Notes under the pieces: generated by a model | Database searches by the model: none | The model's input: only the letters and a program-made list of their open reading frames with translations | What the model was told of the DNA's origin: nothing | Part shown: one piece after another, positions 53,077 through 62,556 of the stretch | How positions within the stretch are numbered: position 1 is the first letter of the stretch | Layout: each line of letters starts with the position of its first letter | DNA from: an uncultured Solirubrobacterales bacterium | GTDB lineage: Bacteria > Actinomycetota > Thermoleophilia > Solirubrobacterales > 70-9 | Reading direction: 5' to 3' | Length of the DNA: 64,000 nt | Assembly: GCA_963819755.1 (NCBI GenBank) | Contig: CAWFXB010000002.1 | Span: forward strand, 1,620,112-1,684,111 | Translations under genes and position numbers: made by a program

Positions 53077-53872
53077 CGGCAAGCGCAGCCGCTGGGGGCT
53101 GCGAGCGCTCGGGCTCGGCTATCTCGCGCTGCTCCTGCTCGCGCCTTTGGTGACGATCTTCTACAAGACCTTCGAGCATGGCCTGGGGCCGCCGCTCGAA
53201 GCGATCACCTCCTCCGACGGCCTGCACGCGTTGAAGCTGAGCCTGCTGATGGTCGCGATTGCGGTGCCGCTCAACACGGTCTTCGGCGTCGGCTGCGCAC
53301 TCCTGCTCGTTCGCCACCGTCGCCGTGGCAACGCCCTGATCGATGCCGTGATCAACCTTCCCTTCGCGATCTCGCCGATCGTGATCGGCCTCTCGCTCTT
53401 CCTGCTCTACGGGACCAATGGTTGGTTCGGCCCTGGGCTGGCAGAAGCGGGGATCAAGGTTCTCTTCTCGGTGCCGGGGATGGTCCTCGCCAGCATCTTC
53501 GTCTCGCTGCCCTTCGTCGTGCGCGAGACGGTGCCGGTGCTGCAGGAGATCGGTACCGAGCAGGAGCAGGCGGCTTCGACCCTGGGCGCAAACGCCTGGC
53601 AGACTTTCTGGCGCGTCACCCTGCCGGCGATCCGCTGGGGGGTCGCCTACGGGGTCGTGCTGACCACCGCCCGGGTCCTTGGCGAGTTCGGCGCCGTTTC
53701 GATCGTCTCCGGCCAGATCTCAGGCGAGACCGAAACTCTGCCGCTCTTCGTCGAAAAGCAGTTTCAGAACTTCAACCAAGCCGGTGCCTTCGGAGCCTCC
53801 GTGGTCCTCGCGATGCTTGCCCTGGCAACCCTCCTGGCAATGAACGTCCTAAAGAGAAAGGAGGACGCCTGA
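53063..53872 (+). CDS. cysW: Sulfate ABC transporter permease CysW
   Basis: The EAA loop reads [23 protein letters not shown]. It overlaps cysT by 14 nt. Confidence 0.85.
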   Translation: MRTADGKRSRWGLRALGLGYLALLLLAPLVTIFYKTFEHGLGPPLEAITSSDGLHALKLSLLMVAIAVPLNTVFGVGCALLLVRHRRRGNALIDAVINLPFAISPIVIGLSLFLLYGTNGWFGPGLAEAGIKVLFSVPGMVLASIFVSLPFVVRETVPVLQEIGTEQEQAASTLGANAWQTFWRVTLPAIRWGVAYGVVLTTARVLGEFGAVSIVSGQISGETETLPLFVEKQFQNFNQAGAFGASVVLAMLALATLLAMNVLKRKEDA

Positions 53873-54912
53873 TGGGAATCTCAGTCGAGGGAGCATCGAA
53901 GCGCTTCGGTGACTTTCAGGCGCTTCAAGACGTATCGATCGCCGTCCCGGACGGATCTCTGACCGCACTGCTGGGCCCGAGCGGTAGCGGCAAGTCCACC
54001 CTGCTGCGCGCGATCGCCGGACTCGAGACGCTCGATGCGGGCCGCGTCCTGATCGACGGCGAAGACGTCTCCAAGAAGCCGACCCAGAAGCGCGAAGTCG
54101 GCTTCGTCTTCCAGCACTATGCGGCTTTCAAGCACATGACGGTGTTCGAGAACGTCGGCTTCGGGCTGAAGATCCGCAAGTGGGACAAGGCGAAGATCTC
54201 TGCGCGGGTGCACGAGCTGCTCAACCTCGTCCAGCTCGACGGGCTCGCCGATCGCTACCCCTCGCAGCTCTCCGGCGGCCAGCGCCAGCGCATGGCGCTC
54301 GCCCGGGCGCTCGCCGTGCAACCGCAGGTGCTGCTGCTCGACGAGCCCTTCGGGGCGCTCGACGCCAAGGTCCGCAAGGACCTGCGCACCTGGCTGCGCC
54401 ATCTCCACGACGAGATGCACGTGACGACGATCTTCGTCACCCACGACCAGGAGGAGGCGATGGACGTCGCCGGCCAGCTGGTCGTGATGAACGAGGGCCG
54501 GGTCGAGCAGTCCGGCAGCGCCGATGACCTCTACGACCACCCCGCCAACGAGTTCGTGATGAGCTTCGTCGGCGAGGTCAACCGGCTCGGCGAGCACTTC
54601 GTGCGGCCGCACGACATGGAAGTCGTGCTCGATGCCGACGAGCGGACCGAGGAGGCGATGGTGCAGCGCATCGTTGCCCTCGGCTTCGAGATCCGGGTTG
54701 AGTTCGTGCTCGGCGACGGGACCGAGGTATGGGCGCAGCTGACCCGCGCCGAGCTGCAGAAGCTCGAGCTGCGCGAAGGTCAGATCGTCCACCTGCGGCC
54801 CGGTCAGCTCAAGAGCTTCAGCGGTGATGTCCCGCCGCCTGGCGATCGTGGGGCCTCGACTCCCCGCGACGGTCAGGACGACGACGACGCAGAGGTAACT
54901 GCAGCCGCCTGA
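53872..54912 (+). CDS. cysA: Sulfate ABC transporter ATP-binding protein CysA
   Basis: The motifs [26 protein letters not shown] and [11 protein letters not shown] are present with a C-terminal regulatory domain. The ATG overlaps the cysW stop. Confidence 0.9.
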   Translation: MGISVEGASKRFGDFQALQDVSIAVPDGSLTALLGPSGSGKSTLLRAIAGLETLDAGRVLIDGEDVSKKPTQKREVGFVFQHYAAFKHMTVFENVGFGLKIRKWDKAKISARVHELLNLVQLDGLADRYPSQLSGGQRQRMALARALAVQPQVLLLDEPFGALDAKVRKDLRTWLRHLHDEMHVTTIFVTHDQEEAMDVAGQLVVMNEGRVEQSGSADDLYDHPANEFVMSFVGEVNRLGEHFVRPHDMEVVLDADERTEEAMVQRIVALGFEIRVEFVLGDGTEVWAQLTRAELQKLELREGQIVHLRPGQLKSFSGDVPPPGDRGASTPRDGQDDDDAEVTAAA

Positions 54913-54921
54913 AGGGGCGAC

Positions 54922-54958
54922 GGGGCGGGGCGCGCTTTGCCGGGTGGCGCCCCGCCCC
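54922..54958 (+). terminator. GC-rich hairpin after cysA
   Basis: The arms ggggcggggcgc and gcgccccgcccc form a 12-bp stem with a 13-nt loop, 10 nt after the stop. There is no U-tract. Confidence 0.45.
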
Positions 54959-55061
54959 ATCTCGCCATCTACGTTACGCGACGTTCGAAGGTCTTCTTCA
55001 AGGACTGTGTCACCTGCTATTCTTGACTTTCAAACTCAACAAACTCTAGAAAGGAGAAGCG

Positions 55062-55262
55062 ATGAGCTCGAAAAGCACGACCAAGTTCACCTCGAGGGGC
55101 AGGCTCGCCGGCCTGGTCCGCGACGAGATCGGAGTCAGCGCCGGCCCCAACCGGGCCAACCGCGCCGCCCAGCGCGGCCCGGGCCAGTCCTCAGCCGACG
55201 AGGCCCTCTACTACCGGGCCCGTCTGATTCTCGGCGATTCCCTGGCCCGTCCCACCCGCTGA
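55062..55262 (+). CDS. Small hypothetical protein (66 aa)
   Basis: A strong RBS (aaaggag) precedes the ATG by 5 nt. The upstream region is A/T-rich and contains ttgact. A strong hairpin follows the gene. Confidence 0.4.
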   Translation: MSSKSTTKFTSRGRLAGLVRDEIGVSAGPNRANRAAQRGPGQSSADEALYYRARLILGDSLARPTR

Positions 55263-55287
55263 GCGGGGGACCCGATGACCAAGCGCG

Positions 55288-55325
55288 ATACGGGCCACAG
55301 CGGACATTGCCGCTGTGGCCCGTAT
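55288..55325. terminator. 16-bp perfect hairpin between convergent genes
   Basis: The sequence is atacgggccacagcgg-acattg-ccgctgtggcccgtat. It is followed by a 20-nt palindrome, ccggccagctagctggccgg (55335-55354), which contains the minus-strand stop. Confidence 0.6.
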
Positions 55326-55342
55326 CCGATCCGGCCGGCCAG

Positions 55343-56014
55343 CTAGCTGGCCGGTTTCGCCGTGGGGGCTTCGGTGGTTTCCGGAGTTTCCGGCGGCTGT
55401 GGGTAGGCCTGCACCGCGAGGTTCCAGCTCTTCAGCACGAAGGCGACTTTCGCCGCGCCGGCGTACTGGACCGCGATGGTGTGCCCGCCTTTGCCCAGCA
55501 CCGTCGTCTGCGTCACCGAGTGGACCAGCGCCGCGGCTTTGGAGCCTTCGGAGGTCGGGGTGGCAGGGGCAAAGTTGACTTTGCCCGTCGACTGCCCATC
55601 GACCAGGATCTGGATCGGGCAGGCGAGTTCCGATACCGGTTTGTCCGCGAGGCACGTCGCCGTCCCGGAGAAGGTGATCACGGTCGGCGCGATCCCTTTC
55701 GTCGCGAACGAGGTGAAGGCGGTGGGGATGTCGCCGGCCGTCGTCGCCTGGGCGATGAAGGGCGCGGTCCCGGCCGCGATGCCGACAATTGGCGTCAGCG
55801 GCGCTTCGGCCTTCTTCACGTAGATGTTGCCGGCTGCTTTTTTCTTCAGGTAGAGCGCGTTGCCTTTCTTGTTGGTGACGTAGAGATGCGCCGCTTTCTG
55901 ACTCGTGAGAAAGGATCCGGCGAACGAGGGGTTGGCGGCGACGACGACGGCAAGCGCCGCGGCGACCGCGACCACTAGTGCCGCGCGAGGCCTGGACAGT
56001 CTTCTGTTGAGCAA
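55343..56014 (-). CDS. Secreted hypothetical protein
   Basis: The start is GGAGG-N5-TTG at 56014. The signal-like N-terminus reads LLNRRLSRPRAALVVAVAAALAVVVAANPSFA. The product is beta-rich with a Pro/Thr/Glu tail, and the region is more A/T-rich. Confidence 0.55.
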   Translation of the reverse strand: MLNRRLSRPRAALVVAVAAALAVVVAANPSFAGSFLTSQKAAHLYVTNKKGNALYLKKKAAGNIYVKKAEAPLTPIVGIAAGTAPFIAQATTAGDIPTAFTSFATKGIAPTVITFSGTATCLADKPVSELACPIQILVDGQSTGKVNFAPATPTSEGSKAAALVHSVTQTTVLGKGGHTIAVQYAGAAKVAFVLKSWNLAVQAYPQPPETPETTEAPTAKPAS

Positions 56015-56150
56015 TTGAACCTCCGTATTCAGGGCTTGCCGGGAAGCCTTCTTTAGTAAAGAGGTCAATAAAGTACAGAAGCTGGTAGGGTCTTGTCGAG
56101 TAAGACACTCAACAAGCTCCAGAACCCGGCAGGAAAGGAAGTAAATACGC

Positions 56151-56975
56151 ATGAAAAGCAAGACCCTCGCCATAACGGTGATCGCCCTCTTGGGGCTCGC
56201 CGCTCCGGCGTCTGCCGGTGCCGTGACCCTGATCGGGTCTGGCTCGGTTGCAGCGCAGCCCGTGCTACAGGCCCTGTTCGCCCAGTACACGAAGGTGACC
56301 AAAGGCAAGGTCAAGTTCGTCTACACCGCCAACGGCGGCAACGCCGGCGTCAAAGACGTCCAGAACGGGACCAGCCAATTCGCCGGGCAGGCCCGCACGC
56401 CGCTCCCCAGCGATGCCGGCACGACCTACGTCAAGCTCTACCTCGACGGCCTCTGCATGGACGTCAACCCGAAGAACAAGCTGAGCGACATCAGCATCCA
56501 GCAGACCCACGACATCTACCGCGGTCTGATCACCAACTGGAGCGGGATCCCCGGCTCGGGGCTCGACACGACCATCGACCCGGTCGGTCGCGACACCAAC
56601 GGAGGGACGTACAACTTCTTCCTGCAGGCGGTCCTCAACAACGAACCGCCGGCGTCCAACGTCAACGCGCTGACCGCCGACGGCCTCGTCGTCAATGCGG
56701 TCAAACAGGACCCGAACGCGATCGGCTACGACGGGCTTGCCTGGCAGGGCAAGGGCCAGAAGGCGCTGAAAGTGAACGGCGTCCCCTGCGTGGCCTCGAA
56801 GATCAGCGTCGAGCCGCTCAAGTACCCGCTCTCGCGTTACATCTTCATCGTCCTGCCGACCGCCAACCCGAACCCGGCGGTGCAGAAGTTCGTCGACTGG
56901 GCGCGCCGTGACCCGGTTGCCGGTGAAGTGATTGCCAAAGCCGGCGGTGTGGCCGCCTTCAACAAGAAGAAGTAG
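56151..56975 (+). CDS. pstS: Phosphate ABC transporter substrate-binding protein (PstS family)
   Basis: There is a signal peptide, then TLIGSGSVAAQPVL...ANGGNAGVKDVQNGTSQFAG...TNWSGIPGSG...GRDTNGGTYNFF...YPLSRYIF. Confidence 0.85.
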   Translation: MKSKTLAITVIALLGLAAPASAGAVTLIGSGSVAAQPVLQALFAQYTKVTKGKVKFVYTANGGNAGVKDVQNGTSQFAGQARTPLPSDAGTTYVKLYLDGLCMDVNPKNKLSDISIQQTHDIYRGLITNWSGIPGSGLDTTIDPVGRDTNGGTYNFFLQAVLNNEPPASNVNALTADGLVVNAVKQDPNAIGYDGLAWQGKGQKALKVNGVPCVASKISVEPLKYPLSRYIFIVLPTANPNPAVQKFVDWARRDPVAGEVIAKAGGVAAFNKKK

Positions 56976-57970
56976 TGGAGGAGTCCTACCCCGAGGAGTA
57001 CGGCCCACGGTGGTCGGACCGGCGCGTCGAGCGGATGCTCGGCGCGCTGGTCTGCGCCGTCGTGGCGCTGCTGCTGGCGATGATCGTCATCGTCTTCATC
57101 AAAGCGTGGCCGTCGTTTGCCCACAACGGCCTCGCCTGGTTCGGCGCCGGCGGCAACGTCGACGACCAGCTCAACGCGATCTTCCTCTCCGGCCAGGCCG
57201 GGGCCGAATACATCTACACCTTCCACGCCTGGCCGCTGATCTGGAGCACGCTGCTGATCACCGGCGGCGCCGTCACGATCGCCCTCTTCTCAGCTCTCTT
57301 CGTCGCTGTCTTCATCGTCGAGTTCGCGCCCGAGTGGATGAGCAACATCCTCCAGCCGGTCGTCCGTTTCCTGGCCAGCGTCCCCTCGGTGATCTACGGT
57401 CTGCTTGGCGTCCTGGTCTTGGTCCCGTTCATCGGCAACCACTTGGTCAGCGAGTCGCAGAAGGCCTCGGTCGCCGGCGTGATCTCGCTCAGCGGCTACA
57501 GCCTGCTCGCCGCGGTCACCGTGCTCACGGTGATGATCGCGCCGCTGATGGTCTCGATTTTCTCCGACGGCCTGCGGGCGGTGCGACCCGGCTGGCTCGA
57601 GGGCTCCCTCGCCCTCGGAGTCAACCGCTGGCGCACCACCTGGAAAATCGCCGTGCGCACCGCCCGCCCGGCGATCGTCGCCGGCACGGTGCTGGCGGTG
57701 GCGAGGGCGATCGGCGAGGCGGTGATGCTGGCGATGATCTCGGGCTCGGTCGGCTTTGCTCCCAACCCTGCCGACGGCGCGATCTTCATCTTCGAGCCCT
57801 CGCGGCCGCTGGCGCCGACGATCGTCAAGAACATCGACCAGCTGAGCTCACCGCCGGCCAATGCGACGCTGTTCGCGATCGCCGCCGTGCTGCTCTTCTC
57901 GGCCGCGCTGCTCTCGCTCACCGGCTGGGCGGCACGGCGAGCGATGCGCAAATACGGGGCGACGGCCTGA
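56975..57970 (+). CDS. pstC: Phosphate ABC transporter permease PstC
   Basis: The product is a polytopic permease with ...WLEGSLALGVNRWRTTWKIAVRTARPAIV. The GTG overlaps the pstS stop. Confidence 0.9.
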   Translation: MEESYPEEYGPRWSDRRVERMLGALVCAVVALLLAMIVIVFIKAWPSFAHNGLAWFGAGGNVDDQLNAIFLSGQAGAEYIYTFHAWPLIWSTLLITGGAVTIALFSALFVAVFIVEFAPEWMSNILQPVVRFLASVPSVIYGLLGVLVLVPFIGNHLVSESQKASVAGVISLSGYSLLAAVTVLTVMIAPLMVSIFSDGLRAVRPGWLEGSLALGVNRWRTTWKIAVRTARPAIVAGTVLAVARAIGEAVMLAMISGSVGFAPNPADGAIFIFEPSRPLAPTIVKNIDQLSSPPANATLFAIAAVLLFSAALLSLTGWAARRAMRKYGATA

Positions 57971-58971
57971 TGGGCGCCCCGGTCGCGACGCCACCTGCTG
58001 CTCCTCCGCCTGGTGGGGCCCCGCCGCAGCCCGGCAAGGCGGCGGTCGAGGGCAGCGCCACCTGGCGGCTCACCGACCGCATCGGCCTGGCGATCTGCTG
58101 GGCGCTCGGGCTGCTCTTCTGCGCGATCGCCGTCGCGATCGCCGTCTATCTCTTCCTGCAGGGGATCAAGTACCTGAAGCCGTCGATGCTGGTCACCCCG
58201 GCTTCGGCGGGGTTCACGCAGGGCGAAAGCGGCGGCTTCTCCGATGCTCTCTTCGGCACCATGATCGTCGCCACGATGGGGATCGCGATCGCCCTGCCGA
58301 TCGGCATCGGCATCGCGGTCTGGCTGGTCGAGTACGGCCGGCCCGCCGGCCTCGCCCGGATCACCGAGTCGACGATCGAGGCGATCGCCGGCATCCCCTC
58401 GATCGTCCTGGCGCTGTTCGGCACCGTGATCTTCTCCAGCACCGCGCTGGGGTTTTTGAGCCGCAGCTCGGACGGCATCGTCTTCGGTCGCTCCTTCTTC
58501 GCCGCCTCGGTGATGCTCTCGCTGGTCGCCCTGCCGCTGGTCGTCGCCAGCACCCGCGAGGGGTTGAACTCGATCCCCCGCCACGTGCGCGAGGCCTCCT
58601 ACGCCGTCGGCAAGACCAAGGCGGCGACGACGCGGCGGATCCTGATCCCCGCCAGCCGTCCACAGATCGCGACCGGGGCGATGCTCGGCCTGGGCAGGAT
58701 CATCGGCGACACGGCGATCATCGTCGTCCTGCTCGGCGCGACCCAGAACTTCGCCCCGGTCGAAGGCGCGGCCTTCCCGTTCAACTACCTGCGCGGCGCC
58801 GGCACCACGCTGACCAACTTCGTCTACGAGGCCTCTCCCACCGGGAACCTCAACCAGCCGCAGAAGGCCTACGCGGCGGCCTTCGTCCTGCTGCTGATGG
58901 TGCTGGCCCTGAACGCGGCCGTCGACGTCGTCCACCGCCGCGCACGAAAGGTTGGGGCATGGAGCCACTAG
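57970..58971 (+). CDS. pstA: Phosphate ABC transporter permease PstA
   Basis: The motif ...REASYAVGKTKAATTRRILIPASRPQIATG is present. The ATG overlaps the pstC stop. Confidence 0.9.
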   Translation: MGAPVATPPAAPPPGGAPPQPGKAAVEGSATWRLTDRIGLAICWALGLLFCAIAVAIAVYLFLQGIKYLKPSMLVTPASAGFTQGESGGFSDALFGTMIVATMGIAIALPIGIGIAVWLVEYGRPAGLARITESTIEAIAGIPSIVLALFGTVIFSSTALGFLSRSSDGIVFGRSFFAASVMLSLVALPLVVASTREGLNSIPRHVREASYAVGKTKAATTRRILIPASRPQIATGAMLGLGRIIGDTAIIVVLLGATQNFAPVEGAAFPFNYLRGAGTTLTNFVYEASPTGNLNQPQKAYAAAFVLLLMVLALNAAVDVVHRRARKVGAWSH

Positions 58972-59924
58972 TAGACGTGTCCGAGGTTACGGCTCGTATT
59001 GGAGCGGAAAACTCGGACACGCCCCGCGTTCCGCCACCGATCCGGCGGCTGCCGCTCGAGGACGTACCCGCTGCAACGCAGGCGCCGCCTGCCGGTATCG
59101 GCAGCAATGACGCACCAAGCCCGGGCGGCTTCACCGGCGCCCGCCGGTCGATCGGTGCGCCCCAGTTCTCGATCCGCCGTATGGAGATCGACGACGTCTC
59201 CGTCTCCTACGCCGACCGCGAAGCGGTGAAGTCGGTCTCGCTGCCCGTCCGCCAGGGCGAGGTGCTGTCGATGATCGGCCCGTCGGGTTGCGGCAAGACG
59301 ACGCTGCTGCGCTCGCTCAACCGGCTCACCGAGCTGACCAGCACGGCCACGCTGCGTGGCCGCATCCTGCTCGACGACGTCGACATAACCCAGATCGAGC
59401 CGACCCTGCTGCGCCGCCGCGTGACGATGGTCTTCCAGCAGCCCAACCCGTTCCCGATGAGCGTCTTCGACAACATCGCCTACGTCCTGCGCGAGCAGGG
59501 GTCGCGGCGCCAGCGCAAGAAGACCCTCGAGCCCAAGGTGCACAGCGCCCTCGACCGGGCCGGCCTCTTCGAGGAGGTCAAGGACAACCTCGACCATCCC
59601 GCGCTGAAGCTCTCCGGCGGCCAGCAGCAGCGGCTCTGCATCGCCCGCGCGCTGGCGGCCGAGCCCGAGGTGCTGCTGCTCGACGAGCCCTGCTCGGCGC
59701 TCGACCCGCAGTCGACCCAGGTGATCGAGGACCTGATCGTGAAGCTGCGCGACGACGTCGCCGTCGTGATCGTCACCCACAACCTGCAGCAGGCCTACCG
59801 GATCGCCGACCACGTCGCCTTCATGTATCTGGGCGAGCTGGTCGAGTACAACAGCGCGACCACCCTCTTCGGCTCGCCCCGTGAGCGACGGACGCAGGAG
59901 TACGTGAGCGGTGCGTTCGGCTAG
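58959..59924 (+). CDS. pstB: Phosphate ABC transporter ATP-binding protein PstB (long N-terminal extension, or start at ATG 59181)
   Basis: The motifs GPSGCGKTTLLRSLNR, MVFQQPNPFPMSVFDNIAY, LSGGQQQRLCIARAL and LLLDEPCSALDP are present. Confidence 0.9.
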   Translation: MEPLVDVSEVTARIGAENSDTPRVPPPIRRLPLEDVPAATQAPPAGIGSNDAPSPGGFTGARRSIGAPQFSIRRMEIDDVSVSYADREAVKSVSLPVRQGEVLSMIGPSGCGKTTLLRSLNRLTELTSTATLRGRILLDDVDITQIEPTLLRRRVTMVFQQPNPFPMSVFDNIAYVLREQGSRRQRKKTLEPKVHSALDRAGLFEEVKDNLDHPALKLSGGQQQRLCIARALAAEPEVLLLDEPCSALDPQSTQVIEDLIVKLRDDVAVVIVTHNLQQAYRIADHVAFMYLGELVEYNSATTLFGSPRERRTQEYVSGAFG

Positions 59925-60120
59925 CCCCCGCATCTCGCGAGTCGGGATTCTCGCCGTCTGCGGGCTGCTGCTCGTCGGTGCCTTTGCGGGCTGCTCGACG
60001 ACCCAGGAAAAGGCGGCTTTACAGCAGGCGCAGTCCAAGCGCATCCTCGAAGCCCGCGAGAAGAGACAGCAGCGAAAACAGCGATCGAAATCGCACGACC
60101 ACGGAGGCCGCGAGCGATGA
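59911..60120 (+). CDS. Small putative lipoprotein
   Basis: The 69-aa product has a lipobox LLVGAFAGCS and a basic Lys/Arg/Gln-rich tail. The GTG start overlaps the pstB end. Confidence 0.4.
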   Translation: MRSASPRISRVGILAVCGLLLVGAFAGCSTTQEKAALQQAQSKRILEAREKRQQRKQRSKSHDHGGRER

Positions 60121-60788
60121 AGACCCAAATTGAGCATCAGCCGACTATCAACAGCCCGGTTCAGTACGAGCCCTGCGAGGAGTGCGGCGCACCGCTCGAC
60201 CCGCAGCAGCGCTACTGCGTCGAATGCGCGGCGCGGCGCGGCAACGGCGCCAACCCGTCATCCCGCTACTTCGCCGCGATGAGCAAACGCGCCCGGCGGC
60301 CGGTGTCGCGCCCGGTGGCCAAAGCCGGATCGGGCAGCCGTGCGGCGGCGGTCGGGTTCTTTGCCCTGCTGCCGATCGCGGTTGCGATCGGCGTGGTCGT
60401 TGGTCGCAGCGGCTCCGACGGCGGCGAAAACGAGGCGCTGCTCGAAGCGCTGCGCAACCAGAACAACGCCGCGGTTGCGGCCACGCCTTCCGCTGGTGCC
60501 ACGACGACGGCGACCGGCACGAAGAAAGGCAAGTCCAAGCAGGCCGGCAAGGCCGTCACCAAAGGCGATGGCAAGGTGCTCGCCAAGACCAGCAACGGCA
60601 CCGTCCACCAGGTGACCGGCTTCAAGCCGAGCGCGCAGAAGACCGAAGAAGACACCAAGCTGGTCGAAGGCAACGTCAAACAGACGGGCTCGACCTACAT
60701 CAAGGCGCAGCAGAACCTGCCCGACGTGATCGTCGTCGGCGGCGAACCGGGCTCCGCGCCGGCTCCGACCTCGGGGAGCCAGCCATGA
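60117..60788 (+). CDS. Zinc-ribbon membrane protein, function unknown
   Basis: There is an N-terminal CEECGAPLDPQQRYCVEC ribbon, one TM helix (AAAVGFFALLPIAVAIGVVV) and a Lys/Thr-rich C-terminal region. ATGA overlaps occur at both ends. Confidence 0.55.
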   Translation: MKTQIEHQPTINSPVQYEPCEECGAPLDPQQRYCVECAARRGNGANPSSRYFAAMSKRARRPVSRPVAKAGSGSRAAAVGFFALLPIAVAIGVVVGRSGSDGGENEALLEALRNQNNAAVAATPSAGATTTATGTKKGKSKQAGKAVTKGDGKVLAKTSNGTVHQVTGFKPSAQKTEEDTKLVEGNVKQTGSTYIKAQQNLPDVIVVGGEPGSAPAPTSGSQP

Positions 60789-61192
60789 GCGGGCTTGCCG
60801 AGATCCTGCGGCGACCGCCGCGCCCGCGAAAACCGGCCGAGGAGCCGAAGGCAAAGCAGCCCGCCGCGCCTCCCGAGAAGCCGGAGGAGAGCGCCGAGCT
60901 GGTCGCCCAGCGCGATCGTCTGTTGGAGAAGTTCACGATCATGCAGGCCGACCTCGGCGGCGCCTTCTACGAGATGGCGATCCGCGACCACGTGCGGATG
61001 GACGTCCTGACCCGCAAGGCCGCCGAGCTGCAGCGGGTCGACGCCGAGTTGCTCGGGGTCGAGCGCCTGCTCGAGCTGGAGCGTGCCGATGCCGCCGGGA
61101 TGTGCCCCAGCTGCGGCTCTCCCTTTGGCCCGGCGGTCCGCTTCTGCGGCCAGTGCGGCCACGTGCTGGTGCCGGGGGAGGCTGCTCCATGA
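60785..61192 (+). CDS. Coiled-coil protein with a C-terminal zinc ribbon, function unknown
   Basis: The C-terminal ribbon is CPSCGSPFGPAVRFCGQCG. ATGA overlaps occur with both neighbours. Confidence 0.55.
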   Translation: MSGLAEILRRPPRPRKPAEEPKAKQPAAPPEKPEESAELVAQRDRLLEKFTIMQADLGGAFYEMAIRDHVRMDVLTRKAAELQRVDAELLGVERLLELERADAAGMCPSCGSPFGPAVRFCGQCGHVLVPGEAAP

Positions 61193-62556
61193 AAGGCCTG
61201 CGTGGGCGGTTCGACCGCGCCGTGGCGACTGCCGCGACGCTGACCGGGAAACGCTTTGGCCTGCTGGTCGCCTCCTCGGTGGTGGCGACGTCGGCGATCG
61301 TCGCCAGCGCGATGACCGGGACCGGCAACAGCGCCGCCCTCGCCGCTCTGCTCGCCCACAACCTCTCCGCCGGCAACGCTCCGGTGGCCAGCAGCCCCCC
61401 GGCGGAAAGCTCTCCCTCCGCCGGCGGTAGTGACGGCGCACCGGCACCGGCGGAAGCCAGCTCGACGGCGCCGAGCAGCGTGCCTCTGACCTCACCCGAA
61501 CCTGCCGCTCCGCCGCCCGAAAGCGCTCCGAGCAGCGAACCGCCGCCGGCGGCCCCGGCGCTGCCAGAAGCCGGCCGGATCAAACACGTCTTCGTCATCT
61601 CGCTCACCAGCCCGGGCTACGAAGCGACCTTCGGCGAAACGTCGCAGATGCAGTACCTGGCGACGCAGTTGCAGCCAAAGGGCGAGCTGCTGAGCGGCTA
61701 CACGCTGCTCGACGCCGCCACTCTTCCCAACGGCGTCGCCTCGGTCAGCGGCCAGTCGCCGAACGCATCGACCAAGGCCAACTGCTCGACCTACACTGAA
61801 TTTCCGTCCAGCGCCAAGGTTGCCGCGAATGGCGTCGTCTCGGGGGCGGGCTGCGTCTACCCGGTCGAAACGCTGACGATCGCCGACCAACTCGCCAGCG
61901 GTCGCTTCAGCTGGCGCGGCTACATGGAGGGGATGGTCGACGAAACCGGCAAGCCGGCGAACTGCGTCCACCCCGATGCCGACGCTACGGATGCTCCCCC
62001 GCCAGGGGCGTACGCCTCCGCGCAGAACCCCTTCGTCCACTTTCACTCGTTGCTCGACCTCGGCGATTGCGCGACCAACGACGTCCCGCTCGAACAGCTG
62101 CCGAAGGACCTGGGCAAGGCCACGGGGACGGCGAACTACTCCTACATCGCCCCGACGCCGTGTGACTCCGGCGCCACGGGGCAATGTCCGCCCGGCTCGG
62201 TCGAAGGCGCGGCCGCGGCCGATGCCTTCCTCGCCAAATGGGTGCCCCAGATCCTCGCTTCGCCGGCCTACAAGGAAGACGGCCTGTTGGTCGTCACCTT
62301 CGGTGCCACCAATCCAGCCACCTCCGAAGCCGCGCCGGCGCCGGCGACGGCACCAGCCAACGATCCTCTTCACGTCGGGACCCTCCTGGTCTCACGCTTC
62401 CTCAGCAGCGGCTCCACCAACGCGACGAACTACGGCCCGTACTCCCTCCTGCGCACCACTGAGGACCTCTTCGGCCTCGAGCACCTCGGCCTCGCTGGCG
62501 ATGAAAAAACCGCCTCCTTCGCGCCCGAGCTGCTCGGGGAAACGAGTGGCGACTAG
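61189..62556 (+). CDS. Phosphoesterase-family (PLC/acid-phosphatase-like) exported protein, possibly divergent at catalytic motifs
   Basis: There is an N-terminal TM/signal segment and a Pro/Ser/Ala linker, then IKHVFVISLTSPGYEATFG..., TLPNGVASVSGQSP..., NYSYIAPTPCDSG...FLAKWVPQILASPAYKEDGLLVVTFG. These are collinear with the phosphoesterase family as I recall it. Confidence 0.65.
   Translation: MKGLRGRFDRAVATAATLTGKRFGLLVASSVVATSAIVASAMTGTGNSAALAALLAHNLSAGNAPVASSPPAESSPSAGGSDGAPAPAEASSTAPSSVPLTSPEPAAPPPESAPSSEPPPAAPALPEAGRIKHVFVISLTSPGYEATFGETSQMQYLATQLQPKGELLSGYTLLDAATLPNGVASVSGQSPNASTKANCSTYTEFPSSAKVAANGVVSGAGCVYPVETLTIADQLASGRFSWRGYMEGMVDETGKPANCVHPDADATDAPPPGAYASAQNPFVHFHSLLDLGDCATNDVPLEQLPKDLGKATGTANYSYIAPTPCDSGATGQCPPGSVEGAAAADAFLAKWVPQILASPAYKEDGLLVVTFGATNPATSEAAPAPATAPANDPLHVGTLLVSRFLSSGSTNATNYGPYSLLRTTEDLFGLEHLGLAGDEKTASFAPELLGETSGD

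Noticed and set aside
56015-56150. A PhoP/PHO-box direct repeat in the pstS promoter region.
   Set aside because: I saw only a short palindrome (gtcttgtcgagtaagac) and no convincing 11-nt direct repeats. I cannot call a PHO box without a species-specific matrix.
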